Notes under the pieces: model-generated | What the model was told of the DNA's origin: nothing | Database searches by the model: none | Seen by the model: only the letters and a program-made list of their open reading frames with translations | Source: Phoronis australis | Taxonomy: Eukaryota > Animalia > Phoronida | Direction of reading: 5' to 3' | DNA: 64,000 nt | NCBI GenBank assembly: GCA_002633005.1 | Contig: NMRA01000146.1 | Coordinates: 617,981 to 681,980, forward strand | Program-made: the position numbers and the translations under genes | Shown here: one piece after another, positions 50,001 to 64,000 of the stretch | How the letters are laid out: each line of letters begins with the position of its first letter | Position numbering within the stretch: position 1 is the stretch's first letter

Positions 50001-50937
50001 GGTCTTAACCCACCCTGTCTTCTGGAGAATTCTTCTCCGTATACTAAGAGGCTTGTTTTAGACGGCAAAACAAACAGATTGACATTAAAACCGCCGAAGT
50101 GCAGAAGTAGATATCAGGACTTGCAGTTTCTTGGACATCAGGTTGGACGCACCAGATAACTTTGGAGGACCAAAGGATAATGAGGATCCAGAAAGGACCA
50201 ACGCCTTCTACCAAGAGTGAAGTACGTGCATAGCTGGGGCTTACCAAAAGTTTGTACCTCACTATGCACAGGTAGCCACGCCGTTGACAGATAAAGCCAA
50301 ATCAAGGGGCAGTCTAATTACAAAAGTTTGACGATGCGACACTCGCTTTTGTGTAAGCCAACTGGAAGCTAAAAAAGACAGAGCGGCAATACTTCACAGA
50401 AGAGAAGGAGAGTGTGGCGATAGTGTTCCCCTCTAAACGATTCCAGTTTGACTCGTGCGGGACAGAGTTCGTGGAACAATCAGACCACAAACAATGAAGC
50501 TCTTTGTAGAATGTGCTTCATTGGTATAATTACCCGAGCACGGGTTTGTGTGATGGAGTTAAAAAGCCAGTTAAGAGTAGAACGTCAATAAAAGTTATTT
50601 ACAAGAGAGATACAACTGAGTTGCACTGAAGAGAATCAGCGGTTACAGCAATAGCCAAAAGAGAGCCATCTATAGAAACAGCTGGTCATTGAAGCAGTGA
50701 GTGTAACAGTTGCTGGATAACTCTCAGAAGTTCATCACAAGTCAAGGCTTTGCTGCTCAGGCTGGCTGTTAAGGCAGACATTACGTCGGAGATTTTGATT
50801 GAGTAGGCTTGTGAACGTACAGTCGGGAGTAATTAAGTGATTAACTCGAAATAGCATTCAGCCTGTCGTCGTATCGAAGCTATAAGCACCGGACTGTGAC
50901 AACCTGCGCTTATCCACTTGTAATGATAAACGTGACA
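47050..50937 (+). mobile_element. Gypsy LTR retrotransposon, heavily decayed
   Basis: LTR-like ends (both finish AAACGTGACA); possible TSD CGCAC/CACAC. Gag reads AKPKLPKFGEKQDDM...SLSPLLTGKG|LQVY...RRFVLTEGGF. RT reads FVDYTGLN, FDFTKCYWQ and RMPFGL. RNase H remnant near 50350-50490. Confidence 0.8.
47850..49305 (-). mobile_element. IS3EU-type DNA transposon, non-autonomous, inserted in Gypsy gag
   Basis: TIRs TATGGCGTGTTATGTGTTGCAAA / TTTGCAACACATAACACGCCATA, extending over 100 bp imperfectly. 6-bp TSD CAAGGG/CAAGTG; TAYGG termini with a 6-bp TSD fit IS3EU. Residual ORF 48756-49013. Confidence 0.8.
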
Positions 50938-52167
50938 CACACCCTGCCACACGGGACATCCTTGTTTTGGCGACTTTGTAATATTTGGTAATATGGGATT
51001 ATTACGGGTTGCAACTTGCGAGATGGCGTTATGTCAACCTCCAATGCCTGGATCATATTCTTTTGCAAGTAAAAACGTAATAGCAAACACTGATAAACCG
51101 TTTCACAAATTTCTTTGATAGCTTCAATTATGTGAGTTTTCCGATGTGCATCAGGCCAATCTCGTAATCCTTAAACAGTCGTAGGCTGCTACGGAATTCT
51201 GATTCTCGATTCCCTATTGCTTGCCGTTGATCTGAGTCACTGCTTTCCACTGAGTAAGCATGAATCAGGGTAAGTAATTGTACAGTATTCATGGCCGGCT
51301 TTCCATACAAGCGTCCAAACTCTGCACTTTCGCACGTCACCTAATATTGTTGTCGCGATATATTAAGATTTTTTTCGAAGCATCTACTTGCCGGTGCTTG
51401 TTCAGTCTGGTGACTTTTTCATCGTTTTCAATGTTACATTAGGAAATCATTTTCGCTTAGATAACATTGTTGTCGCCACATCTCAGGAAGGCAGTTTTCT
51501 ACTGTTTACGTACACCAAGGCTAAGATGGCCCTTGTCTAGACGTAAATAGCTTTCAATGACCTTGATGTCGTTTCCAAGGATACATAAACATTATGATTC
51601 CATTGAGTGACAACAAATGAAAATGAGTTTGTTGTTTTTCTTCATGAGACGATGAAGGAAAAAGCGAAACAACAGCATTGGCCACGTCACCCAATATTTT
51701 TGACGCGATATCTTAAAGCCCTTGAAGACTTAGCAGTAAACGCTCTCTTTCATTCATTATGTATGTTTTTATGAGGCTAAAAAGGTTTTAATAACCATGC
51801 ACCACCAGTTATTTAATAACATAATTAATTGTGACAGCGACGTAATTTGTAGTCTGTGCACAGCCTGAGATTCTTTTTAATGAATCAGAGCTAAGTGACG
51901 TGAACGTTTAGACCCATTTACTTCCGGGACACGACTCTTGACCCATCAGCTGGTGGATTTGGAAGCTCGTGCCAGGCATTCATAAAAGTATCAAAAGTGG
52001 CAGACAGCAGAAGGAAAATCCACGTTAAGTTGAGGACGACATGCCAAGGTGTACTATGTTTAAACGTTCCGAATTCTGTAAAACCTGGCCCTATTTTTTG
52101 TTCTGGGTTAGGGGCTTGAAGTTGAACTGGAGTTCGCTATAAGCCCTTAATAAGTGCTTGTCCACAA

Positions 52168-55100
52168 GAGCACTATCCACCCAGTGCCAAGGTGGGGGTC
52201 AGCCGATTTTCACCAAATTTGACACATTGGTAGTCCTATGAGATCTATAAACATTGGTGAAATATTTTCCCAAAATAATACGTTCTACCAAAGTTATAGG
52301 CTCTAACAAATTTTACGGCTTCGCCGCCTTGTTTTCACGGTGTAAAAACTGTTAAATTTCAACTATCTATACTTTTCCTTGGATGAAAGCTATTGAACTA
52401 TTATACACTTGGCATTGTTAAGAGGTGCCTGTAGATTCTTACACAGATGTCTTGAAAAAATCCGAGTGACCACCCTCATTTAGTAGTTTCACTACACTGT
52501 CCCCCGTTATACCATTTTGAGGTTATGTTTAAAACATTGCTATACCAAATCTGCCCCACCGTTATGAGAATGAAGTTTGTTGACAGATCATGTTAATTTC
52601 ATTGTATAAATAAAAAAACGTTGTCAGCCAGTTTATTAGTTAAACATGTTGGCATTTCAACTGAACTAAAATAAGAAATTTTGAAATAACTGATACACCG
52701 TTGAGTGAGCACGTCAAATCGGATTGTCCTTAATGTTTACCGATATTTTGCAATGTGTGTGTTCCTTCTGAATGTTTTACCACTTACCATCGAGAACTAT
52801 AGTACCCCTAGATACCATACACTGCTCCATTTTTATTAAGATATCAATTCCCAATCCTGTAATACGTACTTTGAGTAAAATTACTAGACAATGAAGTTTA
52901 TAGATTTATTCTCTTAAATGAAGAGTAAACATCAAATTCTGAACTGTTTTTTCAAAACCAGTCAAACATCTAAAAAGTGAAACCATGTTTGACAATTTCT
53001 TATCTCATTTGAAAGTTGTTTACCTCATAGGCAACACATCTATGTTGAAAATATTCCTTGTGAAAATATATAAAGCACCAACCAGAAATTTGTATACTAC
53101 AAAATATGTTTTCTTAATACAATACAAAGATACCTGTACAGTCAAAAGTGCAAATGTTATGCCTCTAATATAATATGCCTTCTACATCTTTTCAACACTC
53201 AAATTGCTAGAGGACAGAGTCAACTACATAAAACCCATCAAGGCAGGGAATTACATTTAAGGTGATGTAATCTCACTGCGAGAAAGGGATTTCGCAATGT
53301 GGCTGGCAACACTGTAAATTTCTCCTTCTTCACAAATTGAGGTAGCTGTAGGTACCACATCAATATTTTTATCAAAATTAACCACCAGAGAATAAAAAAA
53401 CTGGCTTGTCGATTCCAACTATACAGCATTTTAGCAATGAAATAGTCATGGAAAAATACTTTTGCAACATGGCATGCATTACAATTGCCGTGCCATTACA
53501 GTTGTACATAAGTACTAGACCAGTTACAAAATTACTCATTGGAACCATAAAATGGCCAATACACCAAAAACCAAGGAGTTACTAGGGCTAATGTGTCAAC
53601 ACTTTGAGTACCGCAACAAAAAACATTTGAAGTGGACATAAACCCGCCTCATATCACATAAAACTACTTTTGACTTAGACAACTTCAATCATGAAATAGG
53701 TTTTACTTCCCAGTCACTTATGAGCAATTTCAGATTTTCGAAAAAACTGGCAGTATGCACTTGCTAGAGACAAGGCTCTATAAGATGGCTTGTCTAACAG
53801 TGTGTGATTTTATGCACACAGCTTGGTCCCGAGGAATAGCAAACTGTCAATTTGCTGCAATTCCAGAAATCACTTCCCATCTGCATAAGGAACATACTGA
53901 GAAAAGTTTATAGATGTAAATGGTCTAAATCAAAACTTTACCTCCTGGAAGGAATGTAGGCTTACAACCAGTCTAACTGCAACAGGGGCTCGAATGTCAG
54001 TAATACATACTCATTTATAAACACAATTATATAAGGGTAAATAAAATGCGGAAACAAAACTGCTGATCAATTTCACAATTTCAGGGAAAACAAAGAGTAC
54101 ATTGGTCAGAAATCACGAAACATACGTCTAAATGTGTTGGCGACAATGAAAAATCCTATCAGACCAAAAAATCTAGTGGCAAAATAAACAGAATAATGTA
54201 ACAATTACCATGTGGCTGTACCAACATAATCCACTGGCCCAGGATCATGATCGGTGCCTGGGCAAAAAATCAATACAGGTATATTTAGGTTTGTTCTGCC
54301 CACACAGCAGATCAGGTCCAAACAATGCTTGCAACAGTACACAAGCCTACTTCCCAACACAGCTGTGCTGACATAATATTACCACCACTGCATTTAGCAG
54401 ATCCGCTAGTGCGTTTACAGGTCCAGCCACTGCACTCTTTCATCCCTTTGAATTCTTACAATGCTCCATCATTGAAAATTTTAAAGTTCAGATTGTCTCT
54501 TTCCAATGCATACTCCACTTCCTCTGTTATATCTTCTATATCCAACTGTCCCAGTTTCCCCACAGTTGCTGAGAGTGGCCTATCTCAACAAATTACTTTG
54601 GACCTATAGTGGTACAAGCCAGCAATCTCTGGCAAATACTTTACCCGACTCGCTCCCCACATCTTCTGGGAGTAGAGTTTTCGGCCTCACTCTAGACCCC
54701 TCACTCAGTTGTCCAGAAAGGTAACTTCTTGGTGGTTTTGAACATTTGAATACCCAACCTTTACTAATAATCAGCAGGTTTCCAACCTCAGCAGAAGGCA
54801 GTTCTTCAGCATAAGCCTTTTCTGTTTCCTAAAGTTGCATAAATATATTAAATTTAATGTGGCCATTTCGGCTCAGAAAACATGAATGCCAAGCTAAAGT
54901 GAAGGCATCACGAATAAATCAGTCAGATTTGATTATAAAAAATACCAAATGAATTTCTATGTACCTGACAGTAGGTCAAATGTATAAAACAGAAGTATGA
55001 CATATTACATGTAGAAAATATTGAGACCTATTTAATTTAACCGCGCTACCTATGTGCCAGCGTTCATTGTGGAATGCACGAGTTGTGCATTACATTTCTC

Positions 55101-56764
55101 TTCATATCATTGAAACGTGAAACAATTGACCGATTTTAGGCAATTACGAAATTTGTTACAGATTTTTACAAGTACTTACTGAAGTATCCATGGGCTCCAA
55201 ATCTAACTCGCTTTCTTTTGACCCACTCCAAAATTCCATTAAGTCAGCCTGCTTTGTCTGGCGGCTTCTGCATATTCCTGAAAATTCGTAGTCACATTCA
55301 GTCTGCTTTATTGGAAATGCCTTTGTTGCATGTTCACAGTCATAGGCTATAGGGAACAACCAAATAAAAACAACAGTGCCTTAATAGAGGTGGTTCCTCT
55401 AATTTGCTTGGGTAGCAGCCACTGTATAATATGTGTTTGCTGAGCAATTTTTAGAAAAAGCATCTAACGTTCCCAATACAACCGCACAAGATCTCCCCAC
55501 CCTAGTTCACACCATCCTGGTTGTTTATAACACAGAACAGTAGATGGCGGCTGATATGACCCCAAAAGTTGAGCAATACCATTCTGCACTTCACACGAGC
55601 CCACCTTCATGATGACCATAAAGGTTAACCATTTCAATATGACAGATTTCCAAACAAACATCTGACTTGTGTAATTGTGTTTTTGTAATCAATTGCGTAC
55701 ATTACATACACTATCTTTCATGCACAAGTATGATAAGGAAACCATGTGTTCAATATCCTCAATAGATATTGTGGAACCCTCACAACAGTCACTCATTAGT
55801 TTTGTTAGTTTACCCTAAAATTCAGAAATACACCGCTTTTTAGCGATTATAGGAGGTAAACAGGAATTTATAACTCTACTGCAACTTCAGCAGGTAAGAA
55901 ACAACACCGGGGTCCTTTACGTGGTTATCAGATCAATTGTCCCTTCAGGGCCTCAAGTAAGAGGGGTAATTTGGGGGACGTATGGGTCATGTTAAAATAC
56001 GTGTCTTTTTATTCCAATATTGGGAGGGTGGATTTTGATGTGCGACTTGCCTCACCGATGAGTGATTGATCAAAACTGTGAGGTGCGCATTAGGCATATA
56101 TCAGTTCCACTTTTTTGTGTTCCGTTCTATTTTTAGCTTAACCAACTTTGTAAGCTTCACTAGTTGAAAAATCACAACTTAATATCAGTGTATTTTTTAA
56201 GAAATGCACACATTTTTGACGGATTTGGCAAGTTTAACTAACTCCATATTCAATCACAGAAATTCAATAGCGGATATAACATACTCTCTAGTCCCTAAAA
56301 GTAGGTAATGGGCAAAAGTCATGTAAAAATTTTGTGGTTATTATGAAAAGTTATAACTACCTATTTTCTATGTCAATGTATACACAAGCTGCATATACTT
56401 CAAGGCACTTGAAATAAAATATGGCTAAGCAACAAGGCCCAAGTTATAAGAAATCACGATGTAACCACTTTTGCATGAATGACGTGCTCCGCTTTTGCTT
56501 AAATTGGTCATGAGATATCAAATTTATTCTGAAACGAATCTGTTAGAAGCAGAAACTGCTGTAGAAAATGCAGTCAAAATGACTCATTCTGCATCAAGAA
56601 ATTGCCTTTTTTTGCCCCCCCCCCTCCAGAAGACTTCCCTTGTATCTCCTAAACCACCAAATTTCTCTCATCTCTATTTTGATTTATTAGACTGAACGTG
56701 GTTCTGAATGGCTGACCCCCCTTGCCGCTTTTTAGCTGTACTATGGTCGGTGGATCCGTGGACT
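52168..56764 (-). mobile_element. Old Sola3-like element (distinct family), boundaries approximate
   Basis: Left end GAGCACTATCCACC...GGGGGTCAGCC; right end GGCTGACCCCCC...GGTGGAT (inverted). Minus-strand KGWVFKCSKPPR...FARDCWLVPL*VQS resembles the Sola3 C-terminus. TTAA TSD not preserved. Confidence 0.5.
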
Positions 56765-57842
56765 GATACTTAATGACAGAAAAAATGGAACTTAATGGGG
56801 AACGTGAATTTAGGTAGGGCGGACGAAGACGGCTGTTTTGCTTTTGGATCGGCCACTTTCAATGTCCTAAGTTCTGAAGTGGGAAAATTTACCTTTGCAT
56901 GATGGCTCAGGTTCAGAAATCCCAGTCAATAGTCACGTAAAATCGTTGCCGTGCTTAGGACATCAACATTTAAAAAATAACACATGTGAAAATTTAATCT
57001 ATCAAACAAACCTCACATTTAAATGTCCAGAAAGAATTAGAATCCAAATTCCAAATCTCTGCGCGGAATTCATCTGCATTTTTGTACTTCACTGGACGTT
57101 TGTTTTGGAGCTTGAGTCAAAATTCACACCACGCAAAATGGACGACAAGGACACCGGCAAGTGACCAAATTTCCTGGCTATGCTTACTTGGGATAGTCCT
57201 TACCAAGGGGTGTGAATGTTATTTGTATATGAAAATAAGGTTATTTTTGGAATAAGGACGAAGAATTTTATTTTTTAGAAGTCCTGTTTTTGTAAAATTT
57301 AATATTAAATTGGAAAAACACAAAATAAAATTTGTTCGTCCGCTTTGATGAGCAACCCACACCCTCTTTGTGTTTGTTTTAGCAAATTGTAGAGAGAAAT
57401 ATAGTAAAATATGACTACGCAGTTGATTTTGAGACTGTGATACGGCAACCATGTGAAAATCTTTTGTTTACCCCCGCCCGCTAGATAGTTCCCTGATCGT
57501 CCGCTAAAAAAGTCGATAGTGAACCGCTCTCTTGCTGGTGGACTCAATTTTGGTGAAATAAAACGATGGCTATAAACATATCAAATCAATTTCAATGGCT
57601 TTCCCTGCTCTACAGTCACCCTTTGCCGATTGTAAACATCACCGACAACGCACATTACGCGTGTGAGTTACACACGAACTCGGTACTGGGAGGTAACATA
57701 GGCTAAACATAACTTGACGTCACACATCCGGTTAACTGCATAGCGCCATCTCAAGTTTTTTCCCAATTACAGACACGGACCTGTGCGAAGTTTTGGCAAA
57801 AAATAAATTCATAACGAATTTGGCTCATGAATGTAAGTATTT

Positions 57843-57980
57843 ATGGGAGGCGCACAATAGAGGGCTGGGGGCTATAGCACTCACTTTTTTCAATGCTATG
57901 CCACACGTGGTCACTAGGCGGTGAACACAGTGGGCTGAGGGGGCTTTAGCCCCTCTTTTTTCAGTGCTACGCCGCCCATG
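57843..57980. repeat. Tandem pair of small GC-rich MITE-like units
   Basis: GGGGCT(A/T)TAGC...TTTTTTCA(A/G)TGCTA(T/C)GCC occurs twice; reverse complement of the 20398-20534 family. Confidence 0.55.
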
Positions 57981-58069
57981 TTATCTTCTAGAAATTAAGA
58001 AACATCGATAGGTGCTTTGACCCTGCCTTAAAGTCAGTTTATCTGTTATACGAGGGCTTTAAGTCTTAT

Positions 58070-61000
58070 ATTTTGTACATATTCCCTAACATTTGGTATA
58101 TGCCACGGGAACGTTATCCAAGGGCCCCTTACAACTTGTTGTACACACTAGGTGAAAATGGTAGACATATGTATAATTGGGTAAGCTCAGTCCGAAATTT
58201 ATTGTCAATGTATGGTTTCTATGATGTTTGGGTAAACCAAGGAGTCGCGTGTCATGGGTCGTTTGTAAATATTTTCTCGTAACAGGTTAAGAGCTTGTTC
58301 GCGAATAGACCGGGCAGAGGGTGATAAACGCTATGTCACAGATTCTCTTTATATTTTGTCTGTGAGATGACATTGGCCCCACTGACTCCAGACCAACTTT
58401 ATTATTTTTCAAAACGCCCCCTTTTGGTTTCCATGGATACTATTTGTTTCCGACAAGTTTTCAGCCTGGCAGTAGTTAAGTTTTAGTAAAATTCCGACAG
58501 TTACGTTAAGCAGTGGAAGTAACGTTGAAATATTGAACCTGTGTTATTGATCAGATGTCACCCTCGACTACTTTATTCATGAAAATATAAAAGATTTCGA
58601 TAATTTTTTGTCTGTTTTTAGAGCCGCACAAGATGAGTTCTTTCAGTGATTTTTGAAACTGTCAAAATTGGCTAAATTTGTATCCCGATATCTGAGCTGG
58701 CACAGGTTTCAGAACATTTTAGTGCCAACCAGTGTGTTGAGCTATTTTAGGTCTACAAAATAAGACAAAGAAATTTCCTGGCGCGAACAGATTTCATATC
58801 ATTTGAAGTCAAAAATGACTGGTGGTTACGCCATTTCACCACAATGAGTAATGCCGACAAACGTCAACAAAACGTGAACATTTGTTAATATTTGGCCAGC
58901 AAACGGCGAATCAATTTATCATTCATCAAATTTTGTATTTTCTAGGCACCGAGGGTACACTACTTTATTTCTAAAAAGTGCTCATAGTCATGGAATTAGG
59001 ATACTTACTACACAAATAGCAGTAGTTTTGGCATGACACCTTTTGCGAGAGTCGAAATTCAAAGCTCACTGGTTTTACAAAGCTCAGTAATCTTATTTGC
59101 ACTGCTAAAAACGAAAAGAAACACCGCCGACAAATCATTTTCATAACATTTTTATCTGTGACTGTCCTGTTTACAAAGATGCTTACTGTGGGTTAGCTGT
59201 GGAGTTTGTCTGAACAAACATTTCTTTAGGAATCTTCAAGTGGTTTTGATGCAGCGCGTTGAAAGCGGAGGACAGTGTCAAGGTGAAAAATTCATTGGCA
59301 ATTACAGGCAAATGCAAAACCACTGGTCAGCCGCCAGTGTCCCAATAACTTCACTATTGAAGTGGTATGGCTGGCTATTGTTATCATTTTGCTATCTGCG
59401 CGCATTTTGCTGTGATTGACACAAGTGAAAAATGGGAGACTTTCGAGTAGCAATGGGAGCTGACAACATGGAACCAGCTACCAGTGAGAAGACACTTCAC
59501 CTGAGCAGTGGGAGGCACAGAGGGACGTACTTGAATACGTGTATGTGACTAGATGTGAGAAGTCTAAAGAGTGAATTCATATTACTTCCCAGTCCTCCAG
59601 AGGGGCAAACGTACATGTATCCTGTTCCAGGTGATCAGCTGTTCCTTGACTATATACATGCCTCATGTTGGAAACATGATCCACTGCAGAGGTCATGTGA
59701 AAGAAGTGACTGATAAAGGCTGCTATCAGTATGAAGTCCATAAATACGCGACAAGTATTTTATTGTAGCTCATGTTTTTCCATGACGTCTCAGCAGACAA
59801 ACAATATACAGCATATAAACTTTGGAACTCAGTTCAAAATATAACTTCATGCACATTGGGTTCTAACTGCTAATTAGTCTTCGAGGTGCTTTAATAGCAA
59901 GACTACCAACTTTCTAAGGCAAAATCACATCAGAGATATCTAAATGTGGTATTTGATCTAAGTGCTAATGGACTGGCTCAAATAGGAGACTCCTATGTTA
60001 GTTGTTCAAAATACAGGTGATCTCGCTTACATGTACCTCCTCATCCCATACGGCACACGTAACTTCCCAGTCTGTATATACAATGTTGGACCACTTTAAA
60101 GTAAAAAGTGACATTTGATGCGACTAGAATCTGGTTTAACACTCATTGCCTAGTTAATTTATACAAACTACCATGGAAAACACGAGATGTCTAAATGTGT
60201 TAAAAGATCTAAATACCAGTGAATTGGCTCAAACATGACACACCTGATGTTAACATTTCAATATACAGGTGACCTCAACACCTCTCTTAACTCAATATCA
60301 CATACCGTACAAGTAACTCTAATTCTGCAAAAACAATGTTGGAACAGATTAAAGTCAAAATGACATTTAATGTGACTGTAATCTGGTTTAACACTGGTCA
60401 TCAAGTTAAGTGGTACAAAGTAGCATGGAAAAACGAGATATGTAAATGTGTTCTTTGATCTAGATGCCAGTGAATTGGTTGAAGTATGCCTAAGTCACTA
60501 CCTTTCCTTAAGCTTGTACATAAGTTAACACTCAGATAAGGCTTCGCATTTAAGTTAAGTGAGATTGAGTGTACTATGAGTTTGAAAGATGAAAACTGAA
60601 ATACCAGCATCTTTAAATAAATTGGACAGCAAAGTTTCAACCAGAACACTGACTAAACATCCTAAATTTTACTGACAAAATCACAGTAAGTGTTGCTACA
60701 TTGCATTTTGTATTTATCTCAGTTTCTACAACATCACATCAATAACAACTGGTTAAATCACTCAGACAACACAACAGATTGTATGATGTTCGAACAAAGA
60801 TGAAATCCGGAGTATTACTGGACATCACTGACTGTCAAGTTCATTATCTCCCTCATTTGACCATTTTCCAGCGCGGTTCAAGGCAGCCAAGCATGAAAAG
60901 AAACCTTTATCCTGTTGTAGTGTCAGCCAGCCTTCCTCCTGAAACTGCTCATCCGTCTTCATCGCCTGTGCAGTTTTTGCGGGGTCTGCTTTGTTGCTCT

Positions 61001-63705
61001 ACTGTCTGAAAAATGACAGGCAGGTTGTAACACACTCGAATTATACACTTTTTGCAGAACTTTGCAGAGCCCAGCCACTACAAAGATGTGTATGCCGCTG
61101 AGTGATCCAATGATTTTAGCTGAGATAATTCATTTGACCCATGGAGTGTAATATGTAAAACGACCCTTAGTACAACAAGAAAAAACACCGCGGGTACTTG
61201 ATTTATTTTTGCCAGTTTGATTGGATTCCTTTGGACATCAAATGAATATCATATCCAGACAACAAATGTCAACATATTGGTACTTATAAAACATAACAAC
61301 ACGCTATGATTTCCAGAATTACATAATTCACTGACAGCTGAAGTGAAAAGAAATTCTGGCATCCAGGTTGTCAGTTAAAATTGGAATTTATAATGCTATA
61401 ACTAGAGCATTCATCAATATATCTATAGAAAAAATACTTCCTGTAATGAACTAAAAAGAAGATGCATAACAACAATATCGGATGTTGAAAAGTGAAAGTC
61501 AAGGAGATAAATTGCATTTTCCGCTTGCAACAAGTACAGGCCACTAGATGCACATAATCTCAGACTAAACTTACAACTAACACAAGATGCTACTAGTAAG
61601 TGGATTGAATAGCTCTAGGATAGCCTAGACTCCAACAACGGCGACAGGGCAGGTATACCACTGATTTGCCCTTAGGAACACAAGACTGTTTTCAGTTGTT
61701 TACAGTGATGCAGGCATAGGTCTACTAAATTTCACCAGTGTGTACAATAAAAAGCTCTGTCTATACTACATGTTCAAAAACAAGTACTGTTGTTACATTT
61801 TTGTGGTACATGCATGGTTACACAGTTTGTGATCTTCCTGAAAGGAGGACCAGTAACTTGCATTGCAGGGTACTGTATTAGAACATCATCTGTTGTTTCT
61901 AGCGGTGCTAGCTGGTTCTCGAATCATGTATCCACAAAACTGACTATAACCGCCACAAGGCTATCGTGATAATCTCGAATTCAAACAAAGCAGTAGTAGT
62001 ACTCACCAGATCCAACAGGAAAGAACACAAATGCATTGACATTGTTGAGTTCCTGTGAAAGTAAGTTGACTTTAGACATTTCAACCAGCATCCCCACTTC
62101 AGGCTTGGCACGCGAGCTACCACTAATGAAATGGGTGTTTGCAGAGTCTACATGGTTTCCACAGAACTCCAAGATGAGCCCGGCGTCTTGCACTTGCCTT
62201 GGACGCAGTCACACAGGCGTGACACGGGTCCGGTGAACACGCATTTGTAAATTATCCGACTCTCGCCAAAACCAGTTACCGCACAGTCTGTAGGTGCGGT
62301 GGTTTGGTACTCACTTTATGCCGCATTGAGTCAAGATTTCGCCCATGTGCCGAGGACATTCTTTTGAGGTTCCATACACTTCATCACACTCCATAATACT
62401 AGCAGATAACACAGCAAGTCAGAACCATTTTGCCACCACTAGTAAAGTGACACCTGTTGTTGGATACTGGGTTCACGAAAAACGCGGATTTTTAGTTAAA
62501 AAGGAAAAATACTTTAAACAATTGCGCCTGACTTAATGAAACTTAACTAAATATTAATAAATCAACTTTTGAATCAAAACTATGCACTTTACTTGTGTTG
62601 TAATGTTCCAAGCAGGTATCGGTATTGAAGGTAATTTCCACTCAGGTGGTTGTCGCAATCTTGCAATTTGTATAGAAAAATGCTCAGCGCCAGAAAAATT
62701 TATTGTGTTAGTCACCAGCAATAAGATAGAAACGTCTTGTGTAAAAGTTTGGTGTTGATCAGTGTTGTGCCAGCTGAGATATACGGGCTCAAAATGTGGC
62801 GAAATTGCAATGCTATGTTAACCTCTGACCCCTCTATACATTATGCCTGAAATTTTTAACTTAGCGGCAGAGTTAATGAGTATTGTTTAACATCTTTGTA
62901 AAGCCGAAGACTTGATTTATTTAAAAATTACAAACAAATAATGATCTTGTGCGCCGATACTTTTTATTGTGCAGTGCAAATAAGGCATTTTCGTCGAGTT
63001 CATTACATGGCACACCCCCAAAATAGAGGCTCCCTGATTTCTTCCCCTTAAACAAGGTAAAATGAGATTGGACTTTACTGTTTTGTTTATCATCCCAAAG
63101 GTAACTAAAATGCACAGTATGGTTCAAATCAGTGACATTGGGTTTATCACCCCTCTGGGCATTTTTGCCAGCTGTGAGCCGTACTTTACTCTTAAGGTCT
63201 GTGCTTTGCAATCATGGCAGTCCGATGTTGATTCCAATTCTAAGTTAAGCTATTTTAAAAACATTAAGTTTGTAGTTAAACATGAAAACTATTTAGACAT
63301 TAAAAATCTTCCAAGAGTGTTCGTGAAAAGTTTTACACGTTTTCGATGTGCAAACCACAGACTGGCAGTAGAAACTTGTCTTCACGTAAATGTGATACAT
63401 TAAGACAGAGTGTGTACTTAATTCTCGAGGAATTAAAACGATGATTAATATCACTTTTTGTTAGTTTGATGCGCTTTTTCCAAACTCAGAGTGAAGTTTA
63501 TAAGTGAGAGCCTCTGGACAAGTCCCTCGTTGTTTAAATTTCATAGACTATTATATAACCCCGATATCCCAGTTGTGACACATGTATACTTCGCATCGTA
63601 AAACGGAACAGCTTTTGTACTATGGACCAGTGTGCATAACACTCCAGTGATCGTGTTTGCTTGTTTGTTGTACTTTGGGCCGATGGTCATGTGTACAAAT
63701 AAAGG
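58070..63705 (+). mobile_element. LINE 3' fragment (same type as 34848-36560), split by Sola3 copy B
   Basis: PRERYPRAPYNLL...WVSSVRNLLSMYGFYDVWVNQGV joins across TTAA to QSWQSDVDSNSKLSYF...RFRCANHRLAVET. Tail TGTACTTTGGGCC...AAATAAA. Confidence 0.82.
58291..63191 (-). mobile_element. Non-autonomous Sola3-type element, copy B (~4.9 kb)
   Basis: TTAA|GAGCTTGTTCGCGAAT...TACTTTACTC|TTAA. Colinear with 37438-42427, with substitutions and small deletions. Confidence 0.85.
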
Positions 63706-64000
63706 GAAAAAAAGGGAAATTGGTTGAAATCCATTTTTAAAAGTAAAGTAATTTTTGGAAAAAATTGTCAATTGTCAATTGATTGGTTTCGTTTTTTCTT
63801 CCATCCTTCCTAAAAGAAAAACAAAAAAACTCATTTTCATGTGTTCTCACTCAATGTGATCATAATGCTTATGTAGCCTTGGAAACGACACCAAGGTCAC
63901 TGAAAGTTATTGACGTATATAGAAGGACCATCTGAGCTTTGCTGTATGTAACCAACATAAAGAAAGAAGTGATAATCCGTACCGGAGTATCTTGGGGCCT

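Noticed and set aside
37438-63191. Segmental duplication as the explanation for the 5-kb direct repeat
   Set aside because: Homology stops exactly at GAG/CTC termini, with separate TTAA sites and unrelated flanks.

Overview
AT-rich, intron- and transposon-dense eukaryotic (animal) DNA. The TE repertoire (Academ, Sola3, IS3EU, ISL2EU/Harbinger, BEL/Pao, Gypsy, Penelope, RTE-X-like LINE) suggests a marine invertebrate, which is an inference. There are no prokaryotic operons, rRNA/tRNA genes or CRISPR arrays. Most of the window is nested, decayed mobile elements. These include a BEL/Pao LTR element (22900-32621) carrying a Sola3 insertion in gag, two copies of a ~5-kb deleted Sola3 derivative (37438-42427, 58291-63191), a Gypsy element with an IS3EU-type insertion, two Academ halves, and a family with AAACTTAAGTTT arrays whose end has become a fold-back palindrome. 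Host-gene signal is limited to one clean phase 1-1 fibronectin type III exon (46314-46559) and a decaying tandem array of Ser/Thr-rich exons (8006-10849), all on the + strand. I found no convincing new coding system. The most unusual structures are the tandem exon array, the fold-back palindrome, the self-complementary LTR-like unit and the intron-containing deleted Sola3 copies. All family calls rest on motif recognition by eye, not database searches.
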